A DNA stretch of 64,000 nt from Terriglobia bacterium (GCA_965206645.1 CBDBKE010000003.1:736001-800000), one strand, 5' to 3'. Positions 1 to 9,554 are shown, counted from the stretch's first letter. Numbers and translations: made by a program. Notes: generated by a model not told the origin, from the letters alone.

Positions 1-314
1 ACGGCACCGGCGTGTCCGTGCTGTGGAACCCCTGCGATGACGATTTTCTGGAAAAGCCACCGGAGCTGTTTCGGCAGGGAGTGGAGTTCGCCCTGCATGC
101 CTACCAGGAGCCTGGCTCGCGGATCTACTTTCACTGCTCGGCCGGCGTTCACCGTGGGCCCATGATGCTGCTAGCGTTTCTGAGCGCCCAGGATATGAGC
201 ATGGACGAGGCCGTGGCCCTGATCCGCACCAAGCGTCCCGGCGCCGACTTCCCCGCCGTCTACCGGAACAGCGTCGAGCGTTTCCTGGCCACCTACCGCA
301 GGCTGTCCAAGTAA
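1..314 (+). CDS. Protein tyrosine/dual-specificity phosphatase family protein (5'-partial)
   Basis: CX5R P-loop motif HCSAGVHRG. The frame is open back to the window edge. Confidence 0.8.
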   Translation, partial: GTGVSVLWNPCDDDFLEKPPELFRQGVEFALHAYQEPGSRIYFHCSAGVHRGPMMLLAFLSAQDMSMDEAVALIRTKRPGADFPAVYRNSVERFLATYRRLSK

Positions 315-365
315 CTGGGCTCGTTTTCCCGAGACTAGTCAGGCTTCCAGAATGGGCTGCCGATT

Positions 366-409
366 CCGGAACTTGCCCCACTTGGGCCCGGAATTTGCCC
401 CACTTGAGC
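366..409. repeat. 22-bp tandem direct repeat upstream of the HipA-like kinase
   Basis: CCGGAACTTGCCCCACTTGGGC / CCGGAATTTGCCCCACTTGAGC, 20/22 identical. Confidence 0.85.
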
Positions 410-424
410 TAAGATGGCGCCGTC

Positions 425-1240
425 ATGCCCAGGGCCCTCTTCCAGGTGCAGCGCATGCGCGGCGGAGCCCAATCGCACCTGATTTTCTGTGAAGATGGCA
501 GCTTCTATGTCGTGAAGTTTCAAAACAACCCCCAGCATGTCCGTGTTTTGGCCAATGAAATGCTGGCTACTTCGCTGGCAAACTTTCTTGGGCTACCGGT
601 CCCCGAGTTTGCCGAGGTAGAGGTGTCAGCGGAGCCGTTGGAGCGCGCTCCAGAGCTGAGTTTCCAGGCTGTCCAGGGACGTGTGGGTTGCGCCGCCGGC
701 CGGCACTTCGGCTCGAAGTTGCGGGTCAATCCCTCGCGCGAACCACTCTACGATTTTGTCCCGGACCAGACGCTGGCGCTGTTAGCGAATCGACAGGCCT
801 TCGCCGGCATGTTGGCCTTTGACCAGTGGACGTGCAATGCCGACGCACGCCAGGCAGTGTTCTGTCGAGCCCCGGATTCGGAGGGTCGTTACCGGGCTCT
901 GATGGTCGATCAGGGCTTTTGCTTCAACAATGGCGAGTGGAATTTCCCCGACTCGCCTCTCCGCGGGCTGTATCCGCGGTTGGTCGTTTATGAGGGCGTG
1001 ACGGGCTGGGACAGCTTTGATCCCTGGTTGACGTTGTTGCGCGAGATGGACTGGCGCGTGGCGGAAGAGTTTGCCGGCCGGGTTCCGCCCGCCTGGTACG
1101 ACGCAGAGGACGCGGCCTTACAGCAGTTGGTGGAAGCTCTGGACCGTCGTCGGCGCCGCCTTCCTGAACTCCTGGAGGCCGTGCGGCGGAGCCCGAAGAA
1201 TCCGTTCCCCAACTGGCGATTGCAACTGGCCACCAGATAA
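425..1240 (+). CDS. HipA-like (PI3/4-kinase-fold) kinase
   Basis: RGGAQSHL glycine loop, YVVKF lysine, LANE, FDQWTCNADARQ catalytic loop, VDQGFCF Mg-binding motif. Confidence 0.8.
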   Translation: MPRALFQVQRMRGGAQSHLIFCEDGSFYVVKFQNNPQHVRVLANEMLATSLANFLGLPVPEFAEVEVSAEPLERAPELSFQAVQGRVGCAAGRHFGSKLRVNPSREPLYDFVPDQTLALLANRQAFAGMLAFDQWTCNADARQAVFCRAPDSEGRYRALMVDQGFCFNNGEWNFPDSPLRGLYPRLVVYEGVTGWDSFDPWLTLLREMDWRVAEEFAGRVPPAWYDAEDAALQQLVEALDRRRRRLPELLEAVRRSPKNPFPNWRLQLATR

Positions 1241-1248
1241 TGAGTAGC

Positions 1249-1361
1249 GGCCAACGGGTGCCGGACAACGGGCCGTGGATAACCTCCAGGGAATAGCTGG
1301 CCGGTGCATAGCCGCCATTGAATAGCCGCCGCTGAATAGCCACCGGTGGATAGCCAGAAGC
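1249..1361. repeat. Degenerate 14-bp tandem array, about 8 units, consensus GRATAGCCRCCRNT
   Basis: Units start at 1249, 1263, 1277, 1291, 1306, 1320, 1334 and 1348. Confidence 0.7.
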
Positions 1362-1420
1362 CTAGAAGCGCCGCGGGCAAACTACGGCGATAGTCAGGAA
1401 GCGCAACAGGGAGGTAGCAG

Positions 1421-2206
1421 ATGGAAACGTTTCGATTTCAGTTGCTGCGCTACGTGCCCGATCCAATCAAGAACGAATTCATCAACATCGGCGTGGTGCT
1501 GCTGGATGACCTCAGCCGCTCGCTGGGCGTCCACATGGCCACTGAGGCCGACCTGAGGCGCGTGCGCTGTGTCCATCCGGGCGCCGACCTGGAGTTGCTT
1601 CGTTCTTGGCAGGCCACCGTGGAAGACGAACTGGCTCGCCAGCCCGAGGCGGCGGGCGAGTGGCTGCGTTCCCTGGAGGAGGTGGCTTCCCACTCGCTTC
1701 GCTGGACCTCGCCGGCGGGTTGCCAGGGCCGGGACGCACCGGTCGCACTGCAGGAACTCTACGAGCGGTTCGTGGCCTCACCGCCGCGGGCCGCTGTGGG
1801 CGTCCGTCCTGGGACCGCTGCCTGGGTGAAGCGGGAGGCCGACAGCGTATTCCGCGCTGCGGGGTTGCTGGAGCATTTCCAAAGCGGGGTTTGGGCCCAG
1901 CGCTTCACCCATCCGGGTGACCCATTCCGCATTCACTACGCCTATAGCAACGGCGTGCCTCGCTACATCCACATGCTCTCTCTTGAGCATTCGATACAGC
2001 AGGCCAAGGTCCTGGCATTCACCTTCGAACGCATCCAGCGCAACGGGCAGGGGGCTCTGACCGCGGTGGTGGAGCCGGAACCCCGGCCCATCCCGACGGT
2101 CCAGTTCACGCGCCAGTTGCTGGAACAGAGCGGCATTGAAGTCGTTTCACTGAACCGCATCCAAGCCTTGGTGCGGAGGGCGCGGGAGGAACTCCGCCTC
2201 GTTTAG
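1421..2206 (+). CDS. DUF3037 domain protein with C-terminal extension
   Basis: N-terminal FQLLRYVPDPIKNEFINIGVVL signature, GGAGG RBS, typical position downstream of a HipA-like kinase. Confidence 0.75.
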   Translation: METFRFQLLRYVPDPIKNEFINIGVVLLDDLSRSLGVHMATEADLRRVRCVHPGADLELLRSWQATVEDELARQPEAAGEWLRSLEEVASHSLRWTSPAGCQGRDAPVALQELYERFVASPPRAAVGVRPGTAAWVKREADSVFRAAGLLEHFQSGVWAQRFTHPGDPFRIHYAYSNGVPRYIHMLSLEHSIQQAKVLAFTFERIQRNGQGALTAVVEPEPRPIPTVQFTRQLLEQSGIEVVSLNRIQALVRRAREELRLV

Positions 2207-2224
2207 CGATCGCGTTAATCAAGC

Positions 2225-2264
2225 TTCTGCGTTTCTATCTGCGAAATCTGTGTAATCTGCGGAT
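2225..2264. repeat. 9-mer intergenic short tandem repeats (ATCTGYGNA)
   Basis: atctgcgaa atctgtgta atctgcgga. A related inverted copy lies at 7981-7998. Confidence 0.6.
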
Positions 2265-2335
2265 TGATTCCTGTCTGGATTTAAGAAACACTGATCAACT
2301 CGCGGATTTCTGCTTAGGACCGAGGAGGTCCCCTA

Positions 2336-3298
2336 GTGGGTGAGGTTATTCTGCCGGCGGCAGTGCGCGTGCCGGGCTCCAGCGCCAACCTGGGGCCGGG
2401 CTTCGACGTGCTGGGCCTGGCACTGGAAATCTACCTGGAGGCGCGAGTCGAGCGGTCGACCCCCGGCAAAACCCCGGTGCGGCTCACCGGTCCCCACATC
2501 GAAAGAATCTCCACCGACGATTCCAACCTGGTGCTGACCGCTTTTCGCACTGCCTTCCAGCGCGCGGACAAGCAGGCCCCCCCCGTCAGCCTGGAGCTGC
2601 GCAACGGGATTCCTCTGGCGCGGGGATTAGGCTCCAGCGGCGCCGCTGCCGTGGCAGGAGCCACGCTTGCCAACCACTGCGGCCGCCTGGGGTTGTCCCG
2701 AATCGACATGGTGGCGCTGGCCGCTGAACTGGAAGCTGGCCATGCGGACAACGTGGCCGCCTCCTGCCTGGGTGGTTTGGCGGTGGCCTGCCGGGGTGGC
2801 AGCGCGGAGGGCGGCGCCGCGGGGGGAATTCAAGTTCTGGCCTTGCCCTGGCCGCAGGAGATCGTACCGGTGCTGGCGATTCCGCAGTTACACCTCGAAA
2901 CCCAGGAGGCGCGCAGCGCGCTGCCGAACTCCTACAGCCGCGCCGACGCCGTGTTCAACCTGCAGCGGGTAGCGCTACTGGTGGGGGCGCTGGTTTCCGG
3001 GCGCGGGCGTGAGCTGGCCGACGACTCGGAACTGTTCGCCGCCGCGCTCGCCGACCGCCTGCACCAGCCCTACCGCGCCCCTCTGGTACCGGGACTTCGC
3101 GAAGCGCTCGGGCTCCGTGTCCCTGGCCTGCTCGGCGTGGCCCTGAGCGGGGCAGGCCCTTCGCTGATTGCCTTCGTCCGAGGCGCGTCCCAGCCCACCG
3201 TGGCCGCCCTGGAGCAGCTTTACCGCGACCTTCGGCTCGCAGCCGAGGTGCGGCCGGTGAAGGTAGACACCGAGGGCGCCAGAATGATTAACGATTAA
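2336..3298 (+). CDS. thrB: Homoserine kinase
   Basis: VPGSSANLGPGFD, GHMP motif PLARGLGSSGAA, HADN, SGAGPS. Confidence 0.95.
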   Translation: MGEVILPAAVRVPGSSANLGPGFDVLGLALEIYLEARVERSTPGKTPVRLTGPHIERISTDDSNLVLTAFRTAFQRADKQAPPVSLELRNGIPLARGLGSSGAAAVAGATLANHCGRLGLSRIDMVALAAELEAGHADNVAASCLGGLAVACRGGSAEGGAAGGIQVLALPWPQEIVPVLAIPQLHLETQEARSALPNSYSRADAVFNLQRVALLVGALVSGRGRELADDSELFAAALADRLHQPYRAPLVPGLREALGLRVPGLLGVALSGAGPSLIAFVRGASQPTVAALEQLYRDLRLAAEVRPVKVDTEGARMIND

Positions 3299-3372
3299 CC
3301 CATTGACGATTGGATCATGCGCCTGCAAGCTCCGGCTTCCGAGGAATCAATCGACAATCATTCAATCCTCAA
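3284..3372. repeat. Heptamer short tandem repeats in inverted arrangement
   Basis: atgatta/acgatta/acccatt/gacgatt facing aatcaat/cgacaat/cattcaat/cctcaa. Confidence 0.6.
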
Positions 3373-3402
3373 CGTGTCCATTCTGTGGTTTCATAAGGCT
3401 GA

Positions 3403-4713
3403 ATGAACGGCTATTTCCGCTGCGTGCAGGAGAGGTGCGGCGCCGATTTTTCCCTGAGCGAAAACATCCACACCTGCCCACGCTGCGGCGGCCTGTTGGA
3501 CGTGCTGTTCGAATTTGACCGGGACGCCGCGCGCCAGTGGCCGGAGTTGTGGCAGCAGCGCCGGGCCTCGCTCCACAACCTGGACGCCAGCGGCATCTGG
3601 CGCTTCCGCGAACTGATCCCCTTCCTGGACGACTACGGCGCGGTGGCCACGCTCGGAGAGGGGAACACGCCGCTGCTGGAGTCGCCCAGAGCAGCGCGCT
3701 TTGCCGGGGCGGAGAACCTTCGCTTCAAGCACCAGGGCTTCAACCCTACAGGCTCGTTCAAGGACAACGGGATGACCTGCGGGGTCGCCCGGGCGCGGGC
3801 GCTGGGCATGAGCCTGGTGGGCTGCGTTTCGACCGGCAACACCTCGGCTTCCATGGCCGCCTATGCGTCCCATGGGGGACTGCGTCCGGTGGTCTTCGTT
3901 CCTCACGGCAGGATCGCGATGGGCAAACTGGCCCAGGCGCTGGAGTATGGCGCCGTCACCTTTCAGGTAGAGGCTAACTTCGACGGGATCCTGCGACTCA
4001 TTTTGCAGATAGCCGACCAGGTGGGCCTCTACCTGCTCAACTCAGTGAACCCGTTTCGTCTGGAGGGCCAGAAGCTCATCATGGTTGAGCTGCTGGAGCA
4101 GTGCGGGTGGAAAGAGCCCGATTGGATCGTGCTGCCCGGCGGCAACCTGGGCAACGTCTCTGCTTTCGGCAAGGGGCTGCGGGAACTGTTGGACCTGGGT
4201 TTGATTCGCAGGCTGCCGCGGCTGGCGGTGGTGCAGGCCGAAGGGGCTGCCCCGCTGTATCGCATGCTTTCGGCAGGCGCGGAGCAACTCCAGCCGCTGG
4301 AGCACCCACGGTCGCTGGCCACCGCCATCCAGATCGGCGCGCCGGTCTCCTGGCCCAAGGCCGTCCGCGAATTACGGGCATCGGCAGGGGTTTGCGAAAT
4401 CGTCAGCGAGCAGGAGATCGCCGATGCCAAGGCGGCCATCGGCCGCGCCGGGATCGGCTGCGAGCCCGCCTCGGCCGCCAGCCTGGCCGGCGTCAAGAAA
4501 CTGATTGCCTGCGGAAAAATCTCTTCCCACGAGGACGTGGTGGCCGTGCTGACCGGCCACCTGCTGAAAGACCCCGACTACATCTTGCGCTACCACGCCG
4601 GGGAATTGGAGTGCGCCGGGCAGCTCCTGGAGAGTCGTTTCGCCAATCGCCTCCGACAGGTCCCTGCCGACAGCGCCGAGCTAGAACGCGCCATCCTCTC
4701 TATAGGGTCTTAG
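3403..4713 (+). CDS. thrC: Threonine synthase
   Basis: LGEGNTPL, PLP lysine in NPTGSFKD, STGNTSAS, PGGNLGN; adjacent to thrB. Confidence 0.95.
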   Translation: MNGYFRCVQERCGADFSLSENIHTCPRCGGLLDVLFEFDRDAARQWPELWQQRRASLHNLDASGIWRFRELIPFLDDYGAVATLGEGNTPLLESPRAARFAGAENLRFKHQGFNPTGSFKDNGMTCGVARARALGMSLVGCVSTGNTSASMAAYASHGGLRPVVFVPHGRIAMGKLAQALEYGAVTFQVEANFDGILRLILQIADQVGLYLLNSVNPFRLEGQKLIMVELLEQCGWKEPDWIVLPGGNLGNVSAFGKGLRELLDLGLIRRLPRLAVVQAEGAAPLYRMLSAGAEQLQPLEHPRSLATAIQIGAPVSWPKAVRELRASAGVCEIVSEQEIADAKAAIGRAGIGCEPASAASLAGVKKLIACGKISSHEDVVAVLTGHLLKDPDYILRYHAGELECAGQLLESRFANRLRQVPADSAELERAILSIGS

Positions 4714-4917
4714 AACTCAGAAGCAGACGCAAATCTGTGCAGTCGGGAGTTGGTCGGTGCCGACCAAAAGAAAGTCCCGTGACTTCTGCTTCCGTCAGTA
4801 AAACATTCTGCTTGTATTCTGTTTGACTCCGTTCCATCCTAAGCGTGGGCCTAAGCGAGGAACGGAAGGCCCAAGGATGGGCACCAGCAGCCATCTCCGG
4901 AGCGTTTCATAACTGAG

Positions 4918-5943
4918 ATGGCAATCCTGACTGTATCTCGACAGTTTGGCAGCCGCGGGGATGACATTGCCCGGGAGCTGGCGCGGCGCAACGGATTCCG
5001 GCTCCTCACCCGAGAAATTGTCGAGCAGCAGATGCGCGAGCTGTGCGGCGTGGAACCGCCAGCCCAAGCCACCGAAAGTGAAGAACCGGACGCCAACGGG
5101 AGTCCTAATGGACGTCCGGCCGCAGAACTGAACCTCTACGCCGACCTGGTGACCACCGTGGTGGCGGACCTGGCAACGGTTGAGGATTTTGTATTGGTGG
5201 AACTGGGCGGCCAGTGCCTGTTCCACGAGGCGTCCTGCGCGGCGCACCTGCGCGTGGTGGCGCCGCGCTCCTGGCGCGCTGCGACGGTGGCCGCCGAGCT
5301 GGCACTGGCTCCGCCCGCCGCTGCGCAACTGGTGGCCCGCCAGGACGCCGCCCAGGCGCGGTACCTTCGGACGGTTTTCAGGCGCAGCGCGGAGCGCTCC
5401 GATCTCTACCATCTGGTCCTGAACACCGCGGCGCTGGATCAGGATCACGCCATGGACCTGGCGATGTCCGCCGTGGATTCCATCCGGTTGCGCAGCGCGG
5501 GCCGGCTTTCGGCCGAGGCCGGCGAGCGCATGAAAGTGCAAAGCAAGATGCGCCTGGCCCGGCACGTTTCCGACCTGCCCGCCTCGGCGCTGCTCGAACA
5601 CGTCTCCTTTGCCCATCCCAGCGAGCGCGTCTTCGCCCGCCTGATGGACTTTTATCGCATCGAGTGGGAGTACGAGCCGCGCACGTTCCCCATCGAGTGG
5701 AACGAGCAGCGCGTCGCGGTCGAAGCCTTCACGCCCGACTTCCACCTGCCCGAACTGGGCTTGTACGTGGAATTGACCACCATGAAGCAATCCCTGGTCA
5801 CCCGCAAGAACCGCAAGGTCAAGCGGCTGCGTGAGTTCTACCCCGAGATCAACATCCGCGTCTTCTACCAGAAGGACGTCGAAGACTTGATCTTCAAGCT
5901 GGGAGCGCCGTATCGACGCGAAGAGTTGAGCGTAGGGAGTTGA
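4918..5943 (+). CDS. Cytidylate-kinase-like domain fused to a C-terminal PD-(D/E)XK-like domain
   Basis: N-terminal ILTVSRQFGSRGDDIARELA and YHLVLNT. C-terminal HPSE..WEYEP..FTPDFHLP..YVELTT. Confidence 0.65.
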   Translation: MAILTVSRQFGSRGDDIARELARRNGFRLLTREIVEQQMRELCGVEPPAQATESEEPDANGSPNGRPAAELNLYADLVTTVVADLATVEDFVLVELGGQCLFHEASCAAHLRVVAPRSWRAATVAAELALAPPAAAQLVARQDAAQARYLRTVFRRSAERSDLYHLVLNTAALDQDHAMDLAMSAVDSIRLRSAGRLSAEAGERMKVQSKMRLARHVSDLPASALLEHVSFAHPSERVFARLMDFYRIEWEYEPRTFPIEWNEQRVAVEAFTPDFHLPELGLYVELTTMKQSLVTRKNRKVKRLREFYPEINIRVFYQKDVEDLIFKLGAPYRREELSVGS

Positions 5944-6020
5944 CAATCGCGTGGTGGCGCGTGCTGGGTGGTCTTGGCTTTTAACTTCTCACGCTTCATT
6001 CTAAACTGTCCACTCATCCC

Positions 6021-6557
6021 ATGCATCCGGACGTGGAACGCATCCTGTTTCCCGAAGAAGAAATTCGTCGGCGCGTGGCCGAGGTGGCCGGCGAAATCTC
6101 CGCCGACTATGGCGGCAAGGAGCTGACGCTGATCACCGTGCTTCGCGGGGCGCTGTTTTTTGGCGCCGACTTAAGCCGCGCCCTGCGGCCGCCTGTGCGC
6201 ATGGATTTCCTGGCTGTCTCTCCTTTTCCACGCGCCGCCGACTCGGGCGTGGTCCGGATTGTCAAGGACCTGGACGAAAGCATCTCTGGAGAAGACGTCC
6301 TGCTGGTGGAGGATATCGTGGACACCGGTCTGACCCTACGCTACCTGCTCAAGACCCTGGCGGCGCGCCAGCCCAACAGCCTGGCCGTCTGCACCCTGCT
6401 GGACAAGACGCCCCGACGGCTGGTCGAGGTGCCGGTGCGCTACCGTTGCTTCGAAATCCCCGACCGCTTCGTAGTAGGCTACGGGCTGGACTACCAGCAG
6501 CGCTATCGCAACCTGCCTTACGTGGGGGTGCTCAAGGCGGAAGTGTTCCGCGGCTGA
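6021..6557 (+). CDS. hpt: Hypoxanthine phosphoribosyltransferase
   Basis: PRPP-binding motif VLLVEDIVDTGLTL, FVVGYGLDY, YRNLPY. Confidence 0.92.
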   Translation: MHPDVERILFPEEEIRRRVAEVAGEISADYGGKELTLITVLRGALFFGADLSRALRPPVRMDFLAVSPFPRAADSGVVRIVKDLDESISGEDVLLVEDIVDTGLTLRYLLKTLAARQPNSLAVCTLLDKTPRRLVEVPVRYRCFEIPDRFVVGYGLDYQQRYRNLPYVGVLKAEVFRG

Positions 6558-6595
6558 GCGTTTTACGGCATTTTGGCTTGCGAGCGTAGCGCCGG

Positions 6596-7930
6596 TCAGA
6601 ATTTTGTGACTTCGGTGAAGTGGAAGTCGCGGACCTTCATCGGGGGCACCACCATCTCGAAAGACTCTTCGCCGGCCGCGCGCTCGGCAACCCCAAGCAC
6701 TTCCACATTGTTGAGCATCTCGACCAGGCTTTGGTTGAAGCGGAAGTTGAAGATACCGCGGCGCAGTTTCCCCTCTTCCACCAGGAAGGTGCCGTCCCGG
6801 GTCATGCCCGTCAGAATCTTCTGGTACGGGTCCACTTCGCGGATGTACCAGAGGCGGGTCACCAGAATGCCGCGCCCGGTCGAGGCGATCATGCTGTCCA
6901 GCGAGGCACTGCCGCCCGCGAACACGATGTTCATGGGAGCCTCGCCGACCTCGTTGGGAAGGGGAAACCCGTGCCCGGTGGACTCAGTATTCATGACGCG
7001 GGCGGTCTGCCGGGAATAGACCAGGTTGGCGGCCACGCCACGCTCCACCAGCACCACCGGCTTGCGGCACGTCCCTTCGCCATCAAACGGGGCGCCGGAT
7101 TGCAGCGGGTGGTGGACATCATCCACTACGGTGATGTTCTCACCAAACAGCTTGGTTCCCAGGCGGCCAGTCAAGAAGCTGCGCTTGTCATACACCGAGC
7201 GTCCGGCAAAGTCGTAGAACAGGAAGCCGACCAGGTCCAGCACGGCGGAAGGCTCCAGCAAGACAGTGTAACGGCCGGGAGGAATCTCTGCGGGATCAGC
7301 GCTGAGCGCGGCCTTGGTGGAGGCGCGCAGCGCCAGCTCCTCGACCGGGATGCCCCGCACGTCCGTCGCATTGGCCTTGGCCCAGCCTGAGCTGTTCTGG
7401 GCCAGCATGGTCACGGAGAACTCCGCGTCGGTTTCCCTGTGGTAGGCGAACAGGCCGCGGGAATTCAGCATGGCCAGCATATCGGTGCCGCTGGAGAGGA
7501 TTCCGGCCGCGGTCTGGCCGTGCTGCTGGGCCACCTGGACCGCCTGGCGGACGCCGGTGGCGCGCGCTTCCGGCGTCATGGCGGCAGTGGCCTCAAAATA
7601 GCGCTCCACACCGGGACAGTTCTCCGGGCCGGGCAGGGGCGGCAGCTCGGGGTCGGGTTGCTGCTGGCGGGCCACCGCAGCTGAAGCGGCCACCACCCGG
7701 CGGATGGAATCGTCGTCGAACTTGTTGGTGGTGGCACGCGCCGTCCGAGCGCCATAGACGGTGCGCACCGAAAGCACGTAGCCCTCTTCCGCTACGTTCT
7801 GGTGAATGCTGTTATTGGCAAAGCGGGTCAGTTCGTGGACGCCGCCCTCGATCAGCGCTTCGGTTTCGTCGGCGTCGCTGAACTTCCGGACCTTCTCGAA
7901 AATTTCTTGGCAGCGTTCAGGTTCTAGCAC
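6596..7930 (-). CDS. TldD/PmbA family protein (PmbA/TldE-like subunit)
   Basis: TRFANNSIHQN, PFDGEG, LTGMTRDGTFLVE; paired with tldD. Confidence 0.85.
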   Translation of the reverse strand: MLEPERCQEIFEKVRKFSDADETEALIEGGVHELTRFANNSIHQNVAEEGYVLSVRTVYGARTARATTNKFDDDSIRRVVAASAAVARQQQPDPELPPLPGPENCPGVERYFEATAAMTPEARATGVRQAVQVAQQHGQTAAGILSSGTDMLAMLNSRGLFAYHRETDAEFSVTMLAQNSSGWAKANATDVRGIPVEELALRASTKAALSADPAEIPPGRYTVLLEPSAVLDLVGFLFYDFAGRSVYDKRSFLTGRLGTKLFGENITVVDDVHHPLQSGAPFDGEGTCRKPVVLVERGVAANLVYSRQTARVMNTESTGHGFPLPNEVGEAPMNIVFAGGSASLDSMIASTGRGILVTRLWYIREVDPYQKILTGMTRDGTFLVEEGKLRRGIFNFRFNQSLVEMLNNVEVLGVAERAAGEESFEMVVPPMKVRDFHFTEVTKF

Positions 7931-8084
7931 GAGCTTGGTCCTAATCTTTCGGAGTCAGAAGAACTGAATCGAAAAAAACCATCCGCAGATTTCGCAGAAC
8001 TAAGATCTTTGCATTCCGTGAAAACTCAGTGAGGCCACGAAAATTTGTGGATATGTTCGAAATCCGGAATCCCGAAATCCGCAC

Positions 8085-9542
8085 TCAGCCGGAATAGGCT
8101 ACGCCCACCTTCACGCCACGGAAGCGGGCCGGGGATGCGCCGTGGCCGGTCCCCATCGTCTGCGACGGCTGGCCTTTACCGCAGTTGGGGGTGCCCCACA
8201 ACACCCAGTGGTCGCGGTTGGCAATGGCGTCACAAGAGTTCCAGAACTCGGTGGTGATCCCACTGTAGCTGGGGTTCTTCACCATCCGGGTCTTCTTGCC
8301 GTTCTTGATTTCCCAGCCCACCTCGCAACCGAATTGGAAGTGGTAGCGCTTGTCATCAATGGACCAGCTCCGGTTGGTTTCCATGTAGATGCCGTCGTCG
8401 GTGGAGGCCACGAGGTCTTCCTGGCTGCAGTCTCCGGGCAGCAGGCTGACGTTGGTCATGCGGATCAGCGGGATGCGGTTCCAGCTCTCCGCCCGCATGG
8501 TTCCGTTGGAACGCGGCAAGCCGAGGGCCGGAGCCGTCTCCCGAGAGGTGAGGTAGCCTGTGAACTGCCCATTGCGAATGATGTCGGTCGATTGCGCAGG
8601 GACACCCTCGTCGTCGAACGCAAACGTGCCCAGCCCGGGGCCATGTTCCGGGCGGGCGTCGGCAACCACGTTGACGATTTCCGAGCCATACTGCAGGCGG
8701 CCAAGTTGGTCCAGCGTGAGGAAGCTGCCGCCGGCGAAATTCGCCTCGGTCCCCAGCACCCGGTCCAATTCGATGGGATGGCCGATGGATTCGTGGATTT
8801 GCAACGCCAGTTGTGAGCTATCCAGGACCAGGTCCCGCACGCCTTCCGGGCACTGGTGGGCGTGATGCAGAGCCACCGCTTCCTCGGCGATTCGTGGCGC
8901 ATTCTCCACCAGCCGCAGTTCTTCAATGAGGTCGTAGCCCCGGAGCTGGTACTGTCCGCCGAAGGAGCTGGGATAGGAGCGCTTCTGGATCTCGTTTCCG
9001 GAAAAGGCAAAGGCGGCGAATCCGCCGCCGGTCACATAGCGAGTCTGGTGAATCACCGAACCCAGCGTGCTCAGGAAGAGCTGCTCCTGGCGCCGGAAAT
9101 CCAGCGCAGCTTCTGCCAGCGTGACCCCGACCACGCGGCGCAGTTCCCTGTCCACTTCGAGCAGCAGGGCGATGTTCTCATCAATGCCGGTGGCAAACGG
9201 ATCCTTACCGACAGGGGACTCCCAGGCGGCCTCAATTTTTTCTTCGGGGGCCAACACCACATCGCGCTGCTTGACCAAGGCGGAAGCGTGTGCAATGGCC
9301 ACGGCCCTCGAGGCGGTCTCTTCGACCCTCGCCCGGGTGAGCGTGTCGGTGGAGGCAAACCCCCAGGCGCCTCCGGCCAGCACCCGGACGCCCAGCCCCA
9401 GCGTTTCGCTGACGGCGGCCTGGCCTACCTTGCCGTTCTTGGTAGAAACAAAGCGCTCTCGCGTCTCTACCACCCGGACGTCCGCATAGCTGGCACCCAA
9501 AACTTCGGCGCGGTTGAGCGCCCAAGAGCCCACGTCCCGCAT
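8085..9542 (-). CDS. tldD: TldD metalloprotease
   Basis: HESIGHPIELDR zinc motif, FDDEG, IRMTN, CGKGQP. Confidence 0.9.
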   Translation of the reverse strand: MRDVGSWALNRAEVLGASYADVRVVETRERFVSTKNGKVGQAAVSETLGLGVRVLAGGAWGFASTDTLTRARVEETASRAVAIAHASALVKQRDVVLAPEEKIEAAWESPVGKDPFATGIDENIALLLEVDRELRRVVGVTLAEAALDFRRQEQLFLSTLGSVIHQTRYVTGGGFAAFAFSGNEIQKRSYPSSFGGQYQLRGYDLIEELRLVENAPRIAEEAVALHHAHQCPEGVRDLVLDSSQLALQIHESIGHPIELDRVLGTEANFAGGSFLTLDQLGRLQYGSEIVNVVADARPEHGPGLGTFAFDDEGVPAQSTDIIRNGQFTGYLTSRETAPALGLPRSNGTMRAESWNRIPLIRMTNVSLLPGDCSQEDLVASTDDGIYMETNRSWSIDDKRYHFQFGCEVGWEIKNGKKTRMVKNPSYSGITTEFWNSCDAIANRDHWVLWGTPNCGKGQPSQTMGTGHGASPARFRGVKVGVAYSG

Positions 9543-9554
9543 TTCTATTTAGGA

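Noticed and set aside
1249-1361. CRISPR array
   Set aside because: The 14-bp period is far too short, there are no unique spacers, and no cas genes occur in the window.
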